64,000 nucleotides of DNA from an uncultured delta proteobacterium (GTDB taxonomy: Bacteria > Desulfobacterota > Desulfobacteria > Desulfobacterales > JAHEIW01). Below the pieces are notes generated by a model, which was not told where the DNA came from, searched no databases, and worked only from the letters and a program-made list of their open reading frames with translations. Every line of letters begins with the position of its first letter. Position 1 is the first letter of the stretch. Position numbers and translations under genes: made by a program. Below, in pieces: positions 59,414-64,000 of this stretch. The stretch is from assembly GCA_963706575.1 (NCBI GenBank), contig CAVPNL010000002.1, positions 96,001 through 160,000 on the forward strand. Direction: 5' to 3'.

Positions 59414-60242
59414 ATGGGATTCAAAAACAGGAAGTCTACCGTTTTAACAATTTGCCTTTGTTTTATAGGGATTACGGGCTGTGCTGTCATGCAGGGCAAT
59501 CTGACGAAAACGTATGAATCGGAATACCACAATACAGTCCGCGCAAGCAGCGACACATTAAAAAATTTAAAAATACCCGTAACTGAAAAAATGTCGGATG
59601 AATTAAAAACAGTAATGAATGCAAAACGTTTTGATGGAACTCCGGTCACAATTGAAGTTGTGAGAATAAATCAGAATCGGACAGAGGTTTCTGTGAGAAC
59701 CGGCAAAGGGGTAGTTTTGGATAAAAGAGTTTCAACGCAACTTCATGAATTTATTAGTGAGAAATATAATACAGCAAACAAAACAAGGCATTACGGAGGA
59801 AGACCTTGATGCCGATTCTGGCCAAGAAATAATTTCTGCCGGATCTGGCAGCGAGCATGACGATCAAATGCAAGCCGAGCGTCGGTTGAAATTGGCTGGG
59901 GTTTTTACGGACTCCGTCTTCATAATTTATTTTAATCAAGATTCAAATGAACTTACGCAAAAAGCCGAGGAAAAACTTGATCGGGTTTCTGAAATTATAT
60001 TTAAAAACCCAAAAGTTGACATTACGCTAAATGGTTATACGGATTCAATCGGAGCACCGTCATACAACAAAATCGTATCTGAGAATCGGGCCAATGTGGT
60101 CAAGATCTATCTCATTGGAAAAGGTGTCGATCCTTCTAAAATAAAAACAATCGGCTACGGACCACAAAATTTTTTGGCAAGCAATAAAACAAAAGAAGGA
60201 AGACGATTTAATCGGAGAGTTGAAATTGAGCTTATACCCTGA
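59414..60242 (+). pseudogene. DUF3568-like lipoprotein-OmpA fusion split by a +1 frameshift near 59763 (or two overlapping genes)
   Basis: Lipobox ITGC; TEVSVRTG; OmpA ORF overlaps by 65 bp; deleting one A gives HEFISE-NIIQQTK. Confidence 0.6.
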
Positions 60243-60291
60243 TAACATGATAAACTAAATAATATCATCTTAATTAATGAGGAGGAATGTT

Positions 60292-61014
60292 ATGTTCAAG
60301 AAATTATCAGTCCTTGCTTTGTGTTCGTCTTTGATTTTGCTTTCAGCATGTGTTTCCAAAAAAGAGTATGTAGCGCTCGAAACCAAATCGAATCAAACCC
60401 AGGCTCAATTGGAGCTGGACAAACAAAATCTTCAGGCCCAAATATCCAAATTAAATAGCGAAAAAAATCGTCTTTTAGATACGGTCGAGGGGTTGCAGAC
60501 GGAGTTGAAGCAGGAAAAACTTGCCGTTAAACAAAAAGAAAAAGAAGTTTCGGAATTAGACAAAACCCGTATGGAAATAGAATCCAGCCTGAAAGAGCAA
60601 ATCGCTCAAAAGGACATAAAATTAGAGGAAATTGAAGGTAAATTAAAAGTCACTTTTGTCGATAAAATTCTTTTTGATTCAGGCAGTGTCATGATCAAAA
60701 CGAAAGGCCAGGAAGTTTTATTAAAATTGGCAGATTCTTTCAGAGATAATGAAGCTCAAAATATAGCGGTAGAAGGCCATACAGATGAAGTTCAAATCGG
60801 CGCAGCTTTGATCGATAGATTCCCGACAAACTGGGAGTTGTCGACAGCAAGGGCCACCGCAGTCGTCCGTTTTTTACAGGAAAAAGGAAATATTGCACCA
60901 GAACGACTAACCGCCAGCGGGTTTAGTTTTTACCGGGCCGTTGCAACAAATGATACACCGGAAGGACGAGAGCAGAATCGAAGAATAGAAATTATTTTGA
61001 TTCCAGTCCGATAG
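60292..61014 (+). CDS. OmpA/MotB-family lipoprotein with coiled coil
   Basis: Lipobox LSAC; ILFDSG, VEGHTD, NWELSTARA, NRRIEI; GAGGAGG RBS. Confidence 0.9.
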   Translation: MFKKLSVLALCSSLILLSACVSKKEYVALETKSNQTQAQLELDKQNLQAQISKLNSEKNRLLDTVEGLQTELKQEKLAVKQKEKEVSELDKTRMEIESSLKEQIAQKDIKLEEIEGKLKVTFVDKILFDSGSVMIKTKGQEVLLKLADSFRDNEAQNIAVEGHTDEVQIGAALIDRFPTNWELSTARATAVVRFLQEKGNIAPERLTASGFSFYRAVATNDTPEGREQNRRIEIILIPVR

Positions 61015-61112
61015 ATAAATTTCATCTATCTTTCTTTAAGCTTAGACGGTCCTATTCATATCAAAACATAGCCCTTTTTGAAAAAGTGGCCGATTTAATA
61101 TTTTTCGGACCG

Positions 61113-61157
61113 ATAATAAAAATGCAGGATTAACGACCTGTCCTGCATTTTTATTAT
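61113..61157. terminator. bidirectional terminator
   Basis: 17-bp stem ATAATAAAAATGCAGGA/TCCTGCATTTTTATTAT between convergent genes. Confidence 0.75.
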
Positions 61158-61263
61158 ATAATAACTATAGGTTATAATTTATAGTTAATGTATTTTATTA
61201 ATTAATTATCGAGTTTTGTTTTCCCGAATTACACTAGAATTTTATTTTACCTTTCACACATGG

Positions 61264-62898
61264 TTAATTTTGTCCATCCCGCCAATAAGGATTAATGAGA
61301 TCCTCGAAAATCGTCATGGCGGCTTCGGCGCCCTGGCCCGAAGCGGTGACGATCTGCTTGTAGCCCCCTTCCACATCGCCGGCTGAATAAACGCCTGGAA
61401 TCGTGGTTCGGTGCTTGCCGTCCTGTTTAATAAATCCTTCTTCATTGACTTCCAGACCGATCTTCTGAGCCAGTTCCACCGCTGGGGTATAGCCGATGGC
61501 AATAAAGACCCCGTCAGTCTCAAATGCTGTTGTCTCTTCGGTTTTATTGTTAACCAATAAAATTTGCTCCACCCGTTCTTCTCCTCGAATCTCTTTGACT
61601 TCGGTGTCCCAGAGTATGGGAATATTATTTTCAGTCAGCTGCCGGGACAGAAATTCCTGGGCGCGCAATTTATCCCGTCGATGAATCAGGGTCACATCAA
61701 TGCCCATGTGAAAGAGGTGCAGGGCTTCAGTGACCGCACTGTTACCGCCGCCGACCATCACAACTTTTTTGCCTTTAAACAGCGGACCGTCGCAGGTACT
61801 GCAGTAGCTGACCCCTCTTCCGGACAAGCGAGCTTCACCGGGGATGTTCAGGTGGCGATGACTGGCACCGGTGGCCAGCAGGATGGTTTTGGTGTGAAAT
61901 TGTCTCCGGTTGGTCTTGACGACAAATGGCGGGCCGGACTGGATATCCACCACTGCTTCACCCTGAAAAATCTGCACGTATTGCAGGGCGTGGCTGACCA
62001 TAATATCAACCAGCGATTTGCCGCCTACCGATGTAAACCCGGGATAATTTTCAACGATCGGAGTGGTGGCCACCTGGCCGCCAAGGGCGTCGCGTTCGAC
62101 AATTGACGTGCGCATTCCACTGCGGACCGCATAAATACCTGCGGTTAAACCGGCCGGCCCCCCGCCCACAATCAGCAGGTCGGTTTCTATCAACTCGGCA
62201 TCACTTTCCGGAATAAAGATGGTCTGGGCCTCCATTTTTACCAGCGAAAGAACAAAAACTTCCTCCGGCTGGGCACCCTGGCCGATAAGCACGTCGTTGG
62301 CAAATGCCTGGGGCACACTCTGGGCTGAATATTGTTGGGCCAGTTCCGGTTCACTCTGGATATCGACAATTTCCAGCGATATCCGATCCGGCATCTCGAT
62401 GGCGGTTTTGACTGCATTAATGGCTTGCTGGGGACAATACGGGCAGGTCGGGCTGACAAATATTTTAATCTTTTTGTCGGAATCAATCCGTTTGATCACT
62501 TTTAAGGATTGATCGCTCAACTGACTTTTCCCCATACCGATAAGAATCAAAATTTCAAGAAACGTTCGGGCCTCTTCTCCCATCGGGGCCCCCAGCCACT
62601 GGATTGAATATTTTTCCGGGGCAATCAGCAGCGTAGGAGAATGGGTCACATTCCATTTTTGGGCCAGCTCATGGTCCAGATCATATTCACGCAGCCTAAT
62701 TTTGTCGCTCAACTGGCGAAAAGCGCGAATCACCTCCCGATTGGCATGGGTAAAAACATCTTCATGCCCTTTGGCGGTAAACAGGAAAAGTGGAATTTCA
62801 TTGGGCAATTGATCAAAGGTCGTTTTCAGCTGCTGAAGATAGGCCTGACTGGCCATCTCACTTTCCCGGGGATCCATGTAAGACGTATCCTGCTGCAT
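61264..62898 (-). CDS. thioredoxin reductase with N-terminal tandem thioredoxin-fold domain (AhpF-like layout)
   Basis: CPYCP; GGGPAG, ENYPG, GVSYCSTCDG, GGGNSA, HRRDKLRA, AGDV. Confidence 0.9.
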   Translation of the reverse strand: MQQDTSYMDPRESEMASQAYLQQLKTTFDQLPNEIPLFLFTAKGHEDVFTHANREVIRAFRQLSDKIRLREYDLDHELAQKWNVTHSPTLLIAPEKYSIQWLGAPMGEEARTFLEILILIGMGKSQLSDQSLKVIKRIDSDKKIKIFVSPTCPYCPQQAINAVKTAIEMPDRISLEIVDIQSEPELAQQYSAQSVPQAFANDVLIGQGAQPEEVFVLSLVKMEAQTIFIPESDAELIETDLLIVGGGPAGLTAGIYAVRSGMRTSIVERDALGGQVATTPIVENYPGFTSVGGKSLVDIMVSHALQYVQIFQGEAVVDIQSGPPFVVKTNRRQFHTKTILLATGASHRHLNIPGEARLSGRGVSYCSTCDGPLFKGKKVVMVGGGNSAVTEALHLFHMGIDVTLIHRRDKLRAQEFLSRQLTENNIPILWDTEVKEIRGEERVEQILLVNNKTEETTAFETDGVFIAIGYTPAVELAQKIGLEVNEEGFIKQDGKHRTTIPGVYSAGDVEGGYKQIVTASGQGAEAAMTIFEDLINPYWRDGQN

Positions 62899-62923
62899 TT
62901 TATATCCTTCCCGTTTGTTCTAT

Positions 62924-63064
62924 AAGTGGTTTCAAAACTTCAGATCAGGCCCAAGGGCAAGGCGTCAGGCCGATCGGGAAAGCGCAGCATACATGGGTAT
63001 GTGAGCATTTATCGGAGGCCTGCAACGCAGCCATTGGGCCTTAGATGGGGTTTTGAGACCACTT
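62924..63064. mobile_element. MITE-like element, copy 2 (141 bp)
   Basis: TIR AAGTGGTTTCAAAAC...GTTTTGAGACCACTT (14/15); flanked by CTAT direct repeat. Confidence 0.85.
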
Positions 63065-63229
63065 CTATTGTTTCGCCGGTATCTCTGTCCAACCCGGCAC
63101 CTGCAAAATGTTTTATTCTATTTAGTGAACACAATATTTTAAGTATAACAAAGGTGTGTGTCAACCGGGTTTAACCACTTAAGAAGAAAAAGTTGGAGGA
63201 TGCAAAAGTCGTTGATTATACAATATAAG

Positions 63230-64000
63230 TTATTCTATCAGCATACGTAAATTCTCTGCAGCCTGCGACGCAGGTATCCATTTTAACCGGCGATTAGGCC
63301 CTCTTGATAATATAAAGCTGTTTGCATATTTTCCCTCAAGTGATTCGATAAAAACCTGGGCATCTTCAACGCGACCTTCCCGAATATAACGATGGGCAAG
63401 ATAATTTTCGAGGTTCGGCATAGCTTCCGTTCCCCGATCGGTGGCGATGTTTTGAAATTTATCATTTTCGCGTAGCATATTGTAGTATTCTTCTACATCG
63501 TTGCCTTTCCGCAAGAAGACTGATCTTAAACCGCGTTCGGCGATGGCCATACCGGTAGCATAGGCATCCGGAAATTTGGCAAGCATTTCATTAAAAGCTT
63601 TTTCTTGATCCTCAGCATAGCCCGCACCTCTCCTTCGCAGACGCGCGCGATCATAGAGAGCCATTAATTCTTCATTATATTGATTTCGATCTAATTCGTG
63701 TAGTTCACGGTTTCTTGCCAATGTCTGTTCCCGATAATTGCTCACCAGATCCTGTAAAGCATAATCTTCATAGATCTTTGATAGGATTGTGGGATCGAGG
63801 TCTTCACTGGCTGCCAGCTGATCCAGTCCGGTGGAGCTAATAATTTGTGCCAGTTGTTGAACCTTTTTGCGGTGATCGGAGGCGGACTCGTCCTCGCTTC
63901 TCGATGCGAGTGGGGATTTTTTTAAAGGACTCCGCCCGATATTATTCTCAGCAGATTTATAGTGTTTTTCAAAATCCGCGAAAGATTGACGAAGAGCCGC
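63230..64000 (-). CDS. hypothetical helical protein, C-terminal part (starts beyond window)
   Basis: Frame of ORF 63230-63745 stays open to 64000 on manual translation. Confidence 0.7.
   Translation of the reverse strand, partial: AALRQSFADFEKHYKSAENNIGRSPLKKSPLASRSEDESASDHRKKVQQLAQIISSTGLDQLAASEDLDPTILSKIYEDYALQDLVSNYREQTLARNRELHELDRNQYNEELMALYDRARLRRRGAGYAEDQEKAFNEMLAKFPDAYATGMAIAERGLRSVFLRKGNDVEEYYNMLRENDKFQNIATDRGTEAMPNLENYLAHRYIREGRVEDAQVFIESLEGKYANSFILSRGPNRRLKWIPASQAAENLRMLIE

Overview
Chromosomal window, mostly core genes, from an anaerobic deltaproteobacterium (most likely Desulfobacterales; inferred from gene repertoire only). It carries PP2C/FHA signalling genes, manA, two comEA paralogues, ihfA, a NapC/NirT + octaheme Hao-like pair, recC/recB/recD interrupted by FHA, FliK-like and FlhB-C-like genes, a small AT-rich accessory patch, an ADP-forming acyl-CoA ligase, ispF-uvrB-uvrC, mdh, an orphan MglA/DUF4388-cNMP/PilZ module, purC + ParB-like + SPL-like radical SAM, a thermonuclease, an EF-G paralogue, xseAB-ispA-dxs-tlyA, glmM/GlmU-like/NDP-sugar dehydrogenase, three OmpA-domain genes, a SprT-DUF2786 fusion and a thioredoxin-fold/TrxR fusion. 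Non-coding highlights read from the DNA: a candidate dif site (45705-45732) around which GGGNAGGG motifs change strand; a MITE family with terminal inverted repeats and 4-bp target duplications; GTAG-type REP doublets; a 35-bp micro-insertion whose empty site is visible elsewhere in the window; and about 15 intergenic loci of degenerate 7-10-bp tandem arrays, mostly as inverted pairs. Four single-base +1 frameshifts in three genes may be assembly errors. No tRNA, rRNA, CRISPR array, transposase or prophage seen. All family calls are by eye, without database searches.
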